15,317 nucleotides of DNA from a bacterium (GCA_041640655.1 JBEPZV010000056.1:1-15317), one strand, 5' to 3'; shown: positions 1 through 9,768, counted from the stretch's first letter. A program made the numbers and translations. The notes: generated by a model not told the origin, from the sequence alone.

Positions 1-1
1 C

Positions 2-154
2 GGCGCATCCTCGTTCGCCTCGCGCGTCGCGGGCGCGCGCCTGCGGTTGGCGGCGAGTATCGGCGAGTCGTTCTCCAATGGGCTGCTGCACATCCACCTG
101 GTGATCAAAGACCTGTCGGAGGCGCCCTTCGGAGGAGGCGATGAGATGGCGTGA
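2..154 (+). CDS. recJ: 3' end of an upstream gene, probably single-stranded-DNA exonuclease RecJ (C-terminal OB-fold); 5'-truncated by the window
   Basis: Frame 2 is open from the window edge to TGA at 152-154: [50 protein letters not shown]. The segment LAASIGESFSNGLLHIHLVIKDL resembles the RecJ C-terminal pattern (LAxxxxxNxWNGxxxLQLxIKDI), recalled rather than searched. It overlaps the next start by 14 nt. Only 50 codons are visible. Confidence 0.5.
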   Translation, partial: GASSFASRVAGARLRLAASIGESFSNGLLHIHLVIKDLSEAPFGGGDEMA

Positions 155-2384
155 GCCCACCTGGCCTCGGGTGACTCGCGCCCTGGCCGTCGCGCTCTTC
201 GTCGCGGTCGGCGCCACGCTCATTCTCTCCTCTCGCCAGCACCACGGCCTGCTTCGGCGGCGGAGCGAGGAAGCAGTGGGGGTGCGTCTCAATGCGCGTC
301 TGCTCTCGGTGAGTGAGAACATTCGTCACCTCCAAACTCAGGAAGGCCGTCCCATCTTTCTCCTCACGGCGGCGCGCGATGAGGCGTACGATGACGGGCA
401 TCACGAATTGAGCGATGTGAGCCTGACGCTTTATGCCCCTGACGGGGCGGAACGCGCGCGCATCACGGCTCGCCGCGCTGTCTATTATCAAACGACCGGG
501 CTCGTCATCTTCGCCACGGATGTCGTGGCGCGAACGCGCGAGGGCGTCTGCGTGCGCACCGATGAGGCGCGGTACGATCACGCGGCGGAGGTCTTGCGCA
601 CGGAGCGACCGGTCACTTTCGAACACGCCAGAGGATGGGGGGAGAGTCAGGGAGCGGAGATTCGCTTCGGGCGCGACCGGCGAGATCTCGTCCGGCTGCG
701 CGCGGTTCGCCTGACGGTCGCGCCGGAGACACCCGAACGGGCGTGGACCGCTCGGGCAGATTCGGCCTCTTTCGAGACCGCCACGCTCATGTTTCGACTC
801 GTCGGAACAGTCGTGATGACGCGCGGTGTGGAGGAGTTGCGCGCCGAGCGGCTCGAGGGCTCCCTCGATAGGGAACATCGGATCCGAGAGATCATGGCCG
901 AAGGGGACGTCCGTCTCCGCTCCCGCGATAATGCGGCGAGCAGCGAGATCACGAGCCATCGTCTTGCGCTCTCCTTCACGAGACGACGCGATCTGGCGCG
1001 CGCGATCGCGCTCGGATCGGTCGTCGCGCGTATGTGGAATCGGGCCGAGGAACACGAGGTGCACAGCCCTCGCCTGGAGATCGTCTTCGCGGAACAGCGG
1101 GGGAGGCTCATCCCTCGATCGGCATGGGCCGAGGGCGGGCGCGTGAACATCGTCATGCGGAGCACAGGACCTGAGCGGGCGCTCGCGGAGCGGCGCCTAG
1201 AGGCGAACCGCGTGGAGGCGATCTTCCGAACGAGGACCCGAGCGCTGCACCGCCTGCGCGCTTCGGGCGACGTTCGCCTGGAGATGCTCCCGACCGCTTC
1301 CGCGAGGGCCGCTGAGCGGAAGACGATCCTCGCGCACCAGATCGAGGTGGGGTTCGCGGCCGAACGCCTCCGGGCGACGGAGGCTCGCGCCGAAGGAGAC
1401 GTTCGCGTGGAGATCGAGCCGATGGCAGCACGCCCGAAGCGCGTGATGATGAGTCCCTCGTTGCTCGCCCAATTCGATCCGGAGACGCAGGAGATCACGC
1501 GCCTCCTTCACTCGGGGGGATTTCGCTACCTGGAGGGAGAGCGGGGCGCGCGGAGCGAGCGGGCGATCTACGAGGCCGATTCCGGATGGATTCGCCTGCG
1601 TGGAGGCGATCCGACTGTGTGGGATGCGCGCGGACGGACGCGCGCGGACGAGGTGGACGTGAACCCGCGAGAGGAACGGAGCGCGGCTCGCGGCCGCGTG
1701 CTGACGACCGCTCTCCCCCGCGAGGCGGGGGCCAGTGCGCTCCCCTTCGCCGCGCGCGACGCGCCCATCTTCATCGCGGCCGATCGCCTGGACGTTGATC
1801 ATCGCCAACGCCGCGCGCGCTACACAGGCGCGGTGCGCGCCTGGCAACAGGACACCTACCTCACGGCGGACGAACTGGAAGTGCGCGAGGCCGAGCGCGC
1901 GCTCACGGCGCGCGGGCAGGTCCGCTCGTTCCTCTTCCGCGCGCGCGCGGCGGAGACGCCTCAAGGAGAGACGATTCCCGTCGTCGTCTCGGCCGCGCGC
2001 CTGACGTATCGCGAAGCCGAGCGGAAGATCCTCTACGAGGGCGGCGCGCATCTGCGGCGCGGCGCGCAAGACCTCAGGGCCGAGTCGCTCGCGATCGTCC
2101 TCAAACCGGGTGTCGCGGAGATCGAGCGCGCTATCGCCGAGCGAAGCGTCACGCTCATGGATCCCGATCGCCGCGCGTACGCCGATCGCGCCGTGTACGA
2201 AGCCGGTGGAGAGCGAATCCTTCTTGAGGGCGCGCCCGCGCGCGTGGAGGATGATCGCCATCGCGTGCGTCAAGAGGGGGCTCGATTGACTTTCCTCGGG
2301 GGGAGTGATACAGTTGTGGTCGAGGATGGTGAAGGGGCGCGCCGGGTGAGGACCGTGAGGACGATTCCGAGGGGGCAACCGTGA
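141..2384 (+). CDS. lptC: Large LPS-export periplasmic protein: N-terminal TM anchor and LptC-like domain followed by multiple LptA/OstA-like beta-jellyroll repeats (747 aa)
   Basis: Strong RBS GGAGGAGG at 131-138. One N-terminal hydrophobic helix ([17 protein letters not shown]). LptC-like stretch ([12 protein letters not shown]...DVSLTLY...[10 protein letters not shown]...VRTDEARYD). Repeated AxGxV-type strands and an OstA-like C-terminus ([23 protein letters not shown]). The stop overlaps the lptB start (GTGA). Confidence 0.8.
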   Translation: MRWREPTWPRVTRALAVALFVAVGATLILSSRQHHGLLRRRSEEAVGVRLNARLLSVSENIRHLQTQEGRPIFLLTAARDEAYDDGHHELSDVSLTLYAPDGAERARITARRAVYYQTTGLVIFATDVVARTREGVCVRTDEARYDHAAEVLRTERPVTFEHARGWGESQGAEIRFGRDRRDLVRLRAVRLTVAPETPERAWTARADSASFETATLMFRLVGTVVMTRGVEELRAERLEGSLDREHRIREIMAEGDVRLRSRDNAASSEITSHRLALSFTRRRDLARAIALGSVVARMWNRAEEHEVHSPRLEIVFAEQRGRLIPRSAWAEGGRVNIVMRSTGPERALAERRLEANRVEAIFRTRTRALHRLRASGDVRLEMLPTASARAAERKTILAHQIEVGFAAERLRATEARAEGDVRVEIEPMAARPKRVMMSPSLLAQFDPETQEITRLLHSGGFRYLEGERGARSERAIYEADSGWIRLRGGDPTVWDARGRTRADEVDVNPREERSAARGRVLTTALPREAGASALPFAARDAPIFIAADRLDVDHRQRRARYTGAVRAWQQDTYLTADELEVREAERALTARGQVRSFLFRARAAETPQGETIPVVVSAARLTYREAERKILYEGGAHLRRGAQDLRAESLAIVLKPGVAEIERAIAERSVTLMDPDRRAYADRAVYEAGGERILLEGAPARVEDDRHRVRQEGARLTFLGGSDTVVVEDGEGARRVRTVRTIPRGQP

Positions 2385-3184
2385 GCATGCTGATCACAGA
2401 GGCGAACGAGGCGGCACTCGGCCATGAGCCCTTGACCCGTCGCGCTCGGCTCCCTGTGGATGGAGCGGTCTTGCGCGCCTCCGGATTGACGAAATACTAT
2501 CGGGGGCGCTGTGTCCTCACCAACGTCTCCCTCGATGTGCATCCGGGAGAGATCGTCGGCCTGCTCGGTCCCAACGGAGCGGGAAAGACGACGACCTTCC
2601 ATCTGATCGTTGGGCTGGAGCGGCCCGATCGTGGCGCCGTCTTCCTCGATGGGCGCGAGATCACCGCCTTGCCCATGTATCTTCGAGCGCGGTGCGGCTT
2701 GGTCTACCTCCCGCAGGAGCCCTCGATCTTCCGTCGCTTGACAGTGGAGGAGAACATCCTCGCCATTTTGGAGCGGCGGAAGATGAGCCGCGCCGAGCGT
2801 CGGCGCCGACTCGAAGAGATTTTGGAGGAACTGGGGCTGGCCGCCGTGCGCCACGTCAAAGGCTACGCCCTCTCGGGGGGAGAGCGCCGGCGGACGGAGA
2901 TCGCGCGCGCGCTCGTCATGGAGCCGCGTTTCCTGCTTCTGGATGAACCGCTGACGGGGATTGATCCGCTGGCGGTCTTCGATCTGCAGCGTATCATCCT
3001 CGGGTTGAAGGCGCGAGGGATTGGGATCCTCATCACGGATCACAATGTGCGCGAGATGCTGCGCATCACCGATCGCGCCTATCTCCTCAGCGAGGGGCGG
3101 ATCTTCCGCGCCGGCACGCCGGAGACGCTGACGGCGGATCCGGAGGTGCGGCGTGTCTATTTGGGCGAACACTTCCAGCTTTGA
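2381..3184 (+). CDS. lptB: LPS export ABC transporter ATP-binding protein LptB
   Basis: Walker [11 protein letters not shown]-loop [12 protein letters not shown], signature LSGGERRR, Walker B LLLDEP, H-loop ITDHNVRE and the LptB-type C-terminus YLGEHFQL. Sits in the classic position just upstream of rpoN. The start could be GTG 2381 or ATG 2387. Confidence 0.95.
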   Translation: MSMLITEANEAALGHEPLTRRARLPVDGAVLRASGLTKYYRGRCVLTNVSLDVHPGEIVGLLGPNGAGKTTTFHLIVGLERPDRGAVFLDGREITALPMYLRARCGLVYLPQEPSIFRRLTVEENILAILERRKMSRAERRRRLEEILEELGLAAVRHVKGYALSGGERRRTEIARALVMEPRFLLLDEPLTGIDPLAVFDLQRIILGLKARGIGILITDHNVREMLRITDRAYLLSEGRIFRAGTPETLTADPEVRRVYLGEHFQL

Positions 3185-3187
3185 GCT

Positions 3188-4663
3188 ATGCCGTCGGTCA
3201 AGATCGCGCCGGGACTGACGCAGCGTCTGACGCTGACGCCGCAGCTCAAGCAGCGCATTGATCTGCTGGCCATGACCAAGCTGGAGTTGCTCACCCTCAT
3301 TCGGCAAGAGCTGCGGGAGAATCCCGTGCTGGAGGAAGCGGTCGAGGTGGTTCCCTCGGCGGAGGCCGCGCTGCGCAACACTGAGCGCGAAGCGCGTGAG
3401 GAAGCCCATAGATCGTCCGAACCGGCGGAGCTGGAACCCAAGCCGCGAGATCCCTTCGAGGAAGTGGATTTCGAGGACTTCTTCCAGAACTATCTCGATC
3501 CGGCTCCGCGCACGACGTGGGCGGAGCCTCCGCCGGAGGAGGAGGTCTCGCTCCTGGAGAAGCTGACGCCGAGCCGTCCGTCCCTGTACGAGGCGCTGCT
3601 GGAGCAACTCCGCGTCATGGCCCCATCGGAGGATGAGGTGCGGCAAGCGGCAGAGGCGATCATCGGGTGTCTGAACAGCGACGGATATTTGGAGGCGACG
3701 CTGGAGGAGATCAAAGCCCTCGGGGGATGGTCCGACGAGGTCGTCGAGCGCGCGCTGGCGCTCGTGCAGAGCCTGGATCCGCCGGGCATCGGCGCGCGCG
3801 ATCTGCGCGAGTGTCTGCTGTTGCAGCTTCGCGCGCGGGGATGGGAGGATCGGCTGGCGGCGCGTCTGGTGCGCGATCATCTGTGGGATTTGCACCCGCA
3901 TCGGCTCCCGGAACTGGCCGAACGCCTCGGCCTCCCGCTGCAGACGGTGCGCGAGGAGGTGGAGGTGATCCGGCAATTGGACCCGCGTCCGGGACGGAAT
4001 CTCGGAGCCGCGCCGCCGATGTACATCGTGCCCGAGGCGAGCATCGTGAAGGTGGACGATCGCTACGTCATCCTCTTCAACGACGAGGGCCTGCCGCACC
4101 TGCGGATCAACCCCTACTATCGGCGCCTCCTCAAGAGCGGGCAGCTCCCGAAAGAGGCGCGGGATTTCGTGCGGGAGCGATTCCGCTCGGCCGTCGAGCT
4201 GCTGAAGAACATCGAGCATCGCCGCCGGGCGATCTACCGCGTCTGCGAGGCCATCGTCCGGCGACAGCGCGACTTCCTCGACTATGGCCCCGAATATCTG
4301 AAGCCGATGCTGCTCAAAGACATCGCGGCCGAGCTGGGCCTCTCGCTCTCGACCGTCAGCCGCATCGTGAGCAACAAGTACATTGACACCCCTCAGGGGC
4401 TCATCGAACTGCGCCGTTTCTTCACCGAAGGGGTGAGGAAGGAGAACGGCGAGCAGATCTCCACGCGCGTCCTCAAGCTGCGCCTTCAAAAGCTCATCGA
4501 GCAGGAGGATCCCCGAGCGCCGCTGACGGACGATGATCTGGTGCGCTTGCTGGAGCGCGAGGGCATCCGGCTCTCGCGCCGCACGGTGACGAAGTATCGG
4601 AAGCAGCTGGGGATTCCCAGCTCGCGGGATCGCGCGCTACTTCATGCGGGGAGGGGAGGATGA
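3188..4663 (+). CDS. rpoN: RNA polymerase sigma-54 factor RpoN
   Basis: Region I QRLTLTPQLKQRIDLL...ENPVLE, core-binding LDPPGIGARDLRECLLLQL, HTH LKPMLLKDIAAELGLSLSTVSR and RpoN box SRRTVTKYRKQLGIPSS. Confidence 0.98.
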   Translation: MPSVKIAPGLTQRLTLTPQLKQRIDLLAMTKLELLTLIRQELRENPVLEEAVEVVPSAEAALRNTEREAREEAHRSSEPAELEPKPRDPFEEVDFEDFFQNYLDPAPRTTWAEPPPEEEVSLLEKLTPSRPSLYEALLEQLRVMAPSEDEVRQAAEAIIGCLNSDGYLEATLEEIKALGGWSDEVVERALALVQSLDPPGIGARDLRECLLLQLRARGWEDRLAARLVRDHLWDLHPHRLPELAERLGLPLQTVREEVEVIRQLDPRPGRNLGAAPPMYIVPEASIVKVDDRYVILFNDEGLPHLRINPYYRRLLKSGQLPKEARDFVRERFRSAVELLKNIEHRRRAIYRVCEAIVRRQRDFLDYGPEYLKPMLLKDIAAELGLSLSTVSRIVSNKYIDTPQGLIELRRFFTEGVRKENGEQISTRVLKLRLQKLIEQEDPRAPLTDDDLVRLLEREGIRLSRRTVTKYRKQLGIPSSRDRALLHAGRGG

Positions 4664-5175
4664 ATCTGGAATTCACGACGCGAAATGTGGCGCTGACGCC
4701 CACGATCGAGAAGCGCCTTCGGCGGGCCCTGGAGAAGATCGGCCGCGTCCTCGATGACGCGGCCAAGGTGCACGTCATCCTCGCTGCTGAGAAGCATCGG
4801 TTCCTGACGGAGATCCTCGTCACCTGGCGGGATCATCAGTTCACAGGGACGGCCGAGACGGACGACCTCTACAGCTCGGTCACCGAGGCCATTGATCGCC
4901 TCCTGCGACAGACACTCAAGCAGAAGGAGAAGTTCGCGGCCCGCCGGCGGGCGACGCGCAAGCTCGTGAAGACGCTGCCCGCGGAATCTCCGGCGCCGGA
5001 GGTGCGCATCGTGCGCACGCCCCGATATTCGGTGAAGCCCTTGACGCCGGATGAGGCGGCCGAGCTGCTCTTGAAATCGAATGATCACTTCCTCGTCTTC
5101 CGCAATGCGGAGACCGATCGGGTGGCCGTCCTCTACAAGCGCACCGATGGTCACCTCGGACTCATCGAACCCTGA
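4660..5175 (+). CDS. hpf: Ribosome hibernation promoting factor, long form (HPF/RaiA family, sigma-54 modulation protein) with C-terminal dimerisation domain
   Basis: N-terminal HPF domain (DDLYSSVTEAIDRLLRQ..KQKEK) and C-terminal domain (VKPLTPDEAA..L....HFLVFRNAETDRVAVLYKRTDGHLGLIEP). ATGA overlap with the rpoN stop; RBS GAGGGGAGG. Confidence 0.93.
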   Translation: MNLEFTTRNVALTPTIEKRLRRALEKIGRVLDDAAKVHVILAAEKHRFLTEILVTWRDHQFTGTAETDDLYSSVTEAIDRLLRQTLKQKEKFAARRRATRKLVKTLPAESPAPEVRIVRTPRYSVKPLTPDEAAELLLKSNDHFLVFRNAETDRVAVLYKRTDGHLGLIEP

Positions 5176-5182
5176 GGGCGCG

Positions 5183-6145
5183 ATGACCGCTCCCCTCACG
5201 CCCGAGATCACCGTCGCCGAGCTGCTCACCGGCGCGCCGGCCGATCTGGACTTGCGCGTGATCGTCGGCGCTGAGGGGGTGACCAGGACGATCCGCTCGC
5301 CGCGCATTCAAAAGCTCGGGCTGGCGCTGGCGGGATTCACGCATTATGTGCACGCGGGGCGCATCCAAATCGTGGGGCAGAGCGAGGTGACTTTCCTGCA
5401 CCATCTCTCGCCGCCGGAGCGACACCGCGCCATCGAGCGCCTCCCCTGGGAGGCGATCACGTGCGTCCTCGTGACCAAGGGGCTCACTCCCCCGCCGGAA
5501 TTCCTTCACGCGGCCGAGCAGCATCGCGTTCCGGTCCTGGTCTCCTCGCGCCTCAGCTCGACAGCGATCCTGAAGCTCACGGAGTTTCTGCAGCGGATTC
5601 TCGCCCCTCGCCGCTGGATTCACGGCGTCCTGGTCGAAGTCTTCGGCATCGGCGTGCTGTTGCTCGGCGAATCCGGACTGGGCAAGAGCGAATGCGCGCT
5701 CGATCTCATTCAGCGCGGGCATCGGCTCGTCGCCGATGATGTCGTCGAGGTGCGCGCCATCGGATCGGATCGGTTGATCGGCCTGGCCCCGGAACGCGCG
5801 CGGGGGCACATGGAGATCCGGGGGCTCGGCATCTTGGACATTCGAGAATTGTTCGGCGTCGCGGCGCTCGCCGAAGAAGCCTCAGTGGATCTGGCCATCG
5901 CGTTTGAGCGCTGGGATCCGCAGCGAGAATACGACCATCTGGGTCTGCAGGAGGAGACGCTCCGTCTGCTGGACATCTCGATCCCCCTGATTCGCCTTCC
6001 CGTCACGTTCTGGCGCAATCTCACGACGCTCGTCGAGGTGGCCGTGCGCAATCATCTCCTGAAACGCCGGGGCATTGATGCGATGCGGCAGTTCGTGCGC
6101 GCGCACGATGCGCTGGTCGCCGGGGACGCGCTCGAATCCTCGTGA
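5183..6145 (+). CDS. hprK: HPr(Ser) kinase/phosphorylase HprK (about 320 aa; start reassigned to ATG 5183)
   Basis: RIQKLGLALAGF N-domain, HGVLVEVFGIGVLLLGESGLGKSECALDLIQRGHRLVADD (Walker A) and the HMEIRGLGIL signature. ATG 5183 lies 7 nt after the hpf stop; the ORF-track start at 5081 lies inside hpf. Confidence 0.95.
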   Translation: MTAPLTPEITVAELLTGAPADLDLRVIVGAEGVTRTIRSPRIQKLGLALAGFTHYVHAGRIQIVGQSEVTFLHHLSPPERHRAIERLPWEAITCVLVTKGLTPPPEFLHAAEQHRVPVLVSSRLSSTAILKLTEFLQRILAPRRWIHGVLVEVFGIGVLLLGESGLGKSECALDLIQRGHRLVADDVVEVRAIGSDRLIGLAPERARGHMEIRGLGILDIRELFGVAALAEEASVDLAIAFERWDPQREYDHLGLQEETLRLLDISIPLIRLPVTFWRNLTTLVEVAVRNHLLKRRGIDAMRQFVRAHDALVAGDALESS

Positions 6146-6148
6146 CGC

Positions 6149-7024
6149 ATGGCTTCCGCTTCCCCTCACATCCTCATCCTCACGGGCCTGAGCGGTTCGG
6201 GGAAGACCTCGGCGGTCAAGGCCTTCGAGGACCTCGGGTATTTCTGCGTGGACAATCTGCCGATTCACCTGATCCCCCCCTTCGTGGAATTGTGTCGCGC
6301 CAGTGCGGAGACGCTCCGTCGCGCCGTCATCGTCATTGACATTCGCGAGCGCCAGTTCCTCCCCGATTTCCCGCGCCTCTACGACGAGTTGCGGCGGCAA
6401 GGGACCAACGTGCGGATCATCTTCTTCGAGGCGAGTCCCGAGGTCCTGTTGCGCCGTTTCTCCGAGACGCGACGTCCGCATCCGTTGGCCGACGCCGAGA
6501 CGGACCTGCCCACGGCCATCGCGCGCGAACGGGAGGCGCTGCAAGAGATCCGCGCTCGCGCCGACCTCATCATTGACACGTCCGAGCACACGGTACACAC
6601 GCTGCGCCGCTACGTGATCGAGCGCTTCGGCACCGCTGATGCGCTGCTGGAGATGACGGTCACGCTCCTCAGCTTCGGGTTCAAGCATGGCGTTCCTCCA
6701 GGATTGGATCTGCTCTTTGATGTCCGCTTCCTGCCGAACCCGCACTTTGTCCCTGAGCTGCGCCCGCTCTCGGGACAAGATGCGCGCGTCATTGACTTCA
6801 TGCGCGCGCACCCGGATACGATGGAGACCATCGCGCACTTGGAGAACCTCCTTCGATTCCTCCTGCCGCGCTACCAGCGCGAGGGACGAAGCTATGTGAC
6901 GATCGGGATCGGCTGCACGGGAGGACGCCATCGTTCGGTGATGATCGTCGAGGAGCTGGCGCGCGTGCTGCGACGCGAGGGCTATAAGCTTCGCGTCACG
7001 CATCGGGATATAGACAAACTCTGA
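6149..7024 (+). CDS. rapZ: RNase adapter RapZ / YvcJ-family P-loop nucleotide-binding protein
   Basis: LTGLSGSGKT, FEDLGYFCVDNLP, RRFSETRRPHPL, SFGFKHG, FDVRFLPNPH and IGIGCTGGRHRSV are all hallmark RapZ motifs. Confidence 0.96.
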   Translation: MASASPHILILTGLSGSGKTSAVKAFEDLGYFCVDNLPIHLIPPFVELCRASAETLRRAVIVIDIRERQFLPDFPRLYDELRRQGTNVRIIFFEASPEVLLRRFSETRRPHPLADAETDLPTAIAREREALQEIRARADLIIDTSEHTVHTLRRYVIERFGTADALLEMTVTLLSFGFKHGVPPGLDLLFDVRFLPNPHFVPELRPLSGQDARVIDFMRAHPDTMETIAHLENLLRFLLPRYQREGRSYVTIGIGCTGGRHRSVMIVEELARVLRREGYKLRVTHRDIDKL

Positions 7025-7044
7025 GCACACGGCAACTCTCGATG

Positions 7045-7074
7045 AGGACACGAGCCGACGCCCTGGGGTACAAT
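7045..7074 (+). promoter_or_regulatory. Possible internal sigma-70-type promoter for the EIIA-HPr-EI genes
   Basis: TACAAT at 7069-7074 in a short AT-rich patch, with AGGACA (4/6 match to TTGACA) at 7045-7050 and an 18-nt spacer. It lies in the only sizeable gap (136 nt) of the housekeeping cluster. Confidence 0.4.
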
Positions 7075-7160
7075 AAAAGAGCATGGAAGGCACCTGAGAT
7101 CGAGCGCACGCGTCGGGGAGGCGAGCGGTTCGCCGCTTCGCCGACGCCGGAGGAAGAGGG

Positions 7161-7574
7161 ATGGGACTCATCGGAGGCGTCGTCATCACGCACGGACAAC
7201 TGGCCACGGAGCTGGTGAACGCCGCTGAGATGATCGTCGGTCAGATCGACCACATCACGGCCGTCTCCATCGGCTGGCACGATGATGTGGAGGTCGCGCG
7301 CGAGACGATCCGTCGGGCCATCGAGCGGGTCAATAGCGGGCGCGGCGTGCTGTTGCTGACGGATATGTTCGGGGGAACGCCGACCAACATCGCGGCCACC
7401 TTCCTGGGCGTCGAGCCGGTGGAGATCGTCACCGGCGTCAATCTGCCCATGATTCTCAAGCTCGCCAATCAAGACCCGAACGACGATCTGCTCACCGTCG
7501 CGCGCAAGGTCAAAGAACAAGGGCAGAAGAACATCTATTTGGCCAGCGAGATCCTCACGCCCACGAAGCGATAG
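7161..7574 (+). CDS. PTS EIIA component, mannose/fructose/sorbose family (stand-alone)
   Basis: GVVITHGQLA (phospho-His), GVLLLTDMFGGTPTN and EIVTGVNLPMILK motifs; RBS GGAGGA at 7149-7154. Confidence 0.93.
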   Translation: MGLIGGVVITHGQLATELVNAAEMIVGQIDHITAVSIGWHDDVEVARETIRRAIERVNSGRGVLLLTDMFGGTPTNIAATFLGVEPVEIVTGVNLPMILKLANQDPNDDLLTVARKVKEQGQKNIYLASEILTPTKR

Positions 7575-7580
7575 CCGGCG

Positions 7581-7871
7581 ATGCAGCGACGAACGGTGCA
7601 GGTGACCAACCGTCTGGGATTGCACGCGCGCGCCGCCGCCAAGCTCGTGCAGGCGGCCAATCGGTTTCGCAGCGCGATCACGCTCGCCCGCTCCGATACG
7701 GGACAGACGGCGGACGCCAAGAGCATCCTCGGCGTCCTGCTGCTGGCGGCATCGGCGGGGACGCATCTGGACATCACCACATCCGGAGAGGACGAGGTGG
7801 AAGCGATCGAGGCCATCTGCCGGTTGATCGAGTCGAAATTTGGTGAAGAGGAGGAGCGATTGGGATCGTGA
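7581..7871 (+). CDS. ptsH: Phosphocarrier protein HPr
   Basis: NRLGLHARAAAKLV (His15) and ADAKSILGVLLL (regulatory Ser46, the HprK target); C-terminal GEDEVEAIEAI..LIESKFGEE. Confidence 0.95.
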   Translation: MQRRTVQVTNRLGLHARAAAKLVQAANRFRSAITLARSDTGQTADAKSILGVLLLAASAGTHLDITTSGEDEVEAIEAICRLIESKFGEEEERLGS

Positions 7872-9715
7872 CGGCGAATTCGGAGATCGTGCTCCGCGGA
7901 CTGGGCATCTCGCCGGGGATCGGGTGGGGACCGGCCGTGCACTCGCCTTGGCGCGGGCGAGTGATCTTCCGCCGGCGACTCGCTCCTCAGGAGATCGAGC
8001 CCGAGGTGGCCCGGTTCCACAGGGCCGTGGGCATCGCGCGCGAGCAACTGCGCGTCCTGCGGCAGCGCATGGAGCACGCCCTGGGGAAAGAGCACGCCTA
8101 TATCCTGGATGCGCACGTGCTGATGCTGGAGGACGCGGGGATTCTCGGGGAGATTGAGACCCTCATCCGCACCAACGCCGTCAACGCCGAATGGGCGGTG
8201 AAGCTGGTCACCGATCGCATCCTGGCCATCTATGCGGAGATCAAGGACGATGATCTGCGCGAGCGTGGCAGCGACATCGAGGATGTGGCGAACCGATTGC
8301 TCAGGGTGCTCTCGGGAGATCGCTCCACCTGCGCCCTTCCGGAGGGCGCAGTTCTGGTGAGCGAGACGCTCCCGCCAAGCCTGCTTGGGGAACTCGATCC
8401 GCAGCGCATCGCGGGCTTGATCCTCGGCACAGGGGGATGGACGTCGCATGTGGCCATTCTCGCCCGTGGGCTGGGCATCCCGGCCGTATCGGGTCTTCGT
8501 GGGGCGCTCGCGCAGATCGAAGATCAAGCACTCGTCCTCGTGGATGGGACGCGAGGGCTCGTCCTCGTCCGTCCTTCCCCGGACACCCTTCAGCGTTACG
8601 AACGGCAGCGCCAGGAGCGCGAACGGCATTGGATCCGTTGGCAGGCGCGCGCCCCTCTCCCCACGACGACGCGCGACGGCGTCCCGATCACCATCCGCGC
8701 GAACATCGAACGCCTCTCCGAATTGGAGGACCTGCGCCGTTTCGGTGCATGCGGGATTGGCTTGCTCCGCACGGAATTCCTCTTCCTGCAGGCGGCTCCG
8801 GAGCTGCCCTCGGAAGAGATGCAACTGGAGGCGTACCGTCAGGCCGCGGAGGTGGCCGGGCACGAGGGGGCCGCCATTCGCACGGTGGATTGGGACGAAA
8901 ATCAGATGGCCGCGCTCGGCACCCTTCACGCGCTGCGTGACCGGCAGACGGAACCCGCGTCTTCGGAGCCGTGGTCCCCCGAGCGGAATCCGGCGCTCGG
9001 GCTCCGCGCCATTCGTTTCTCGCTGCGCGCGCCGGAAGTCCTCAAAACCCAATTGCGCGCCCTCGTGCGGGCCGCCGCCTTCGGGAATCTGCGCATCGTC
9101 CTCCCCCTGATCACGAGTTTGGAGGAAGTCGAGCAAGTCCGGTGCCTGCTTCAGACCGCGTGCCATGAACTGCGCGCAGAAGGGATCGCCATACCGGATC
9201 GTCTTCCCGTGGGCGTGATGATCGAGACACCTGCTGCCGTCTGGCTCGCCGATGAGCTGGCTGCCGTGGCGGATTTCCTCAGCCTGGGGACCAACGATCT
9301 CATCCAGTACCTCCTGGCGGTGGATCGGGATAACGATCGCGTGGCCTCGCTCTATGATCCACTGCATCCGGCCGTGCTGCGCGCTCTGCAGCACGTGATC
9401 CAGGCGGCCGAGCGCGCGGGCCGTCCCCTTGAAGTCTGCGGCGAGATGGCCGCGCATCCCCTGCATGCGCTGGTCCTGCTGGGTTTGGGAGCCCGTATCC
9501 TGAGCATGCGCCCGCGCGCGATCCCACTCATCAAGGACTTCGTGCGCGCGTGCGAGCTGACGCGCGTGCGCGAGATCGTTCGCACGGCGCTCGCCGCCTC
9601 ACGTTCTGCCGAAGTACGTGAGCTTTTGCTCGGAAGCCTCCACGAGCTCCGACTGGAGCTCCCCGACGACGTGCTCCTGAACGGGAGCGCGCCTCCTGTC
9701 CGAGAAGTCTCGTAA
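7868..9715 (+). CDS. ptsI: PEP-protein phosphotransferase (PTS Enzyme I), no N-terminal GAF domain
   Basis: GLGISPGIGWG start, GGWTSHVAILAR (phospho-His), GIGLLRTEFLF, ERNPALGLRAIR, GVMIETPAA, FLSLGTNDLIQY and VCGEMAA. The GTG start overlaps the HPr stop (GTGA). Confidence 0.96.
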   Translation: MTANSEIVLRGLGISPGIGWGPAVHSPWRGRVIFRRRLAPQEIEPEVARFHRAVGIAREQLRVLRQRMEHALGKEHAYILDAHVLMLEDAGILGEIETLIRTNAVNAEWAVKLVTDRILAIYAEIKDDDLRERGSDIEDVANRLLRVLSGDRSTCALPEGAVLVSETLPPSLLGELDPQRIAGLILGTGGWTSHVAILARGLGIPAVSGLRGALAQIEDQALVLVDGTRGLVLVRPSPDTLQRYERQRQERERHWIRWQARAPLPTTTRDGVPITIRANIERLSELEDLRRFGACGIGLLRTEFLFLQAAPELPSEEMQLEAYRQAAEVAGHEGAAIRTVDWDENQMAALGTLHALRDRQTEPASSEPWSPERNPALGLRAIRFSLRAPEVLKTQLRALVRAAAFGNLRIVLPLITSLEEVEQVRCLLQTACHELRAEGIAIPDRLPVGVMIETPAAVWLADELAAVADFLSLGTNDLIQYLLAVDRDNDRVASLYDPLHPAVLRALQHVIQAAERAGRPLEVCGEMAAHPLHALVLLGLGARILSMRPRAIPLIKDFVRACELTRVREIVRTALAASRSAEVRELLLGSLHELRLELPDDVLLNGSAPPVREVS

Positions 9716-9768
9716 AGCCTCCGCAGGCTCAAGGCGAATCGCCCCGTGGAGGTTCGTCCGTGGTCTGA

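Noticed and set aside
5081..5182. ORF-track start of hprK at 5081
   Set aside because: It overlaps hpf by 95 nt and adds a Ser-rich non-homologous extension; ATG 5183 fits better.
105..9466. Long antisense ORFs (for example 105-1064, 1197-2378, 2270-4489, 5882-7207, 7535-9466)
   Set aside because: They are shadows of well-supported + strand genes in high-GC DNA, with no recognisable motifs.
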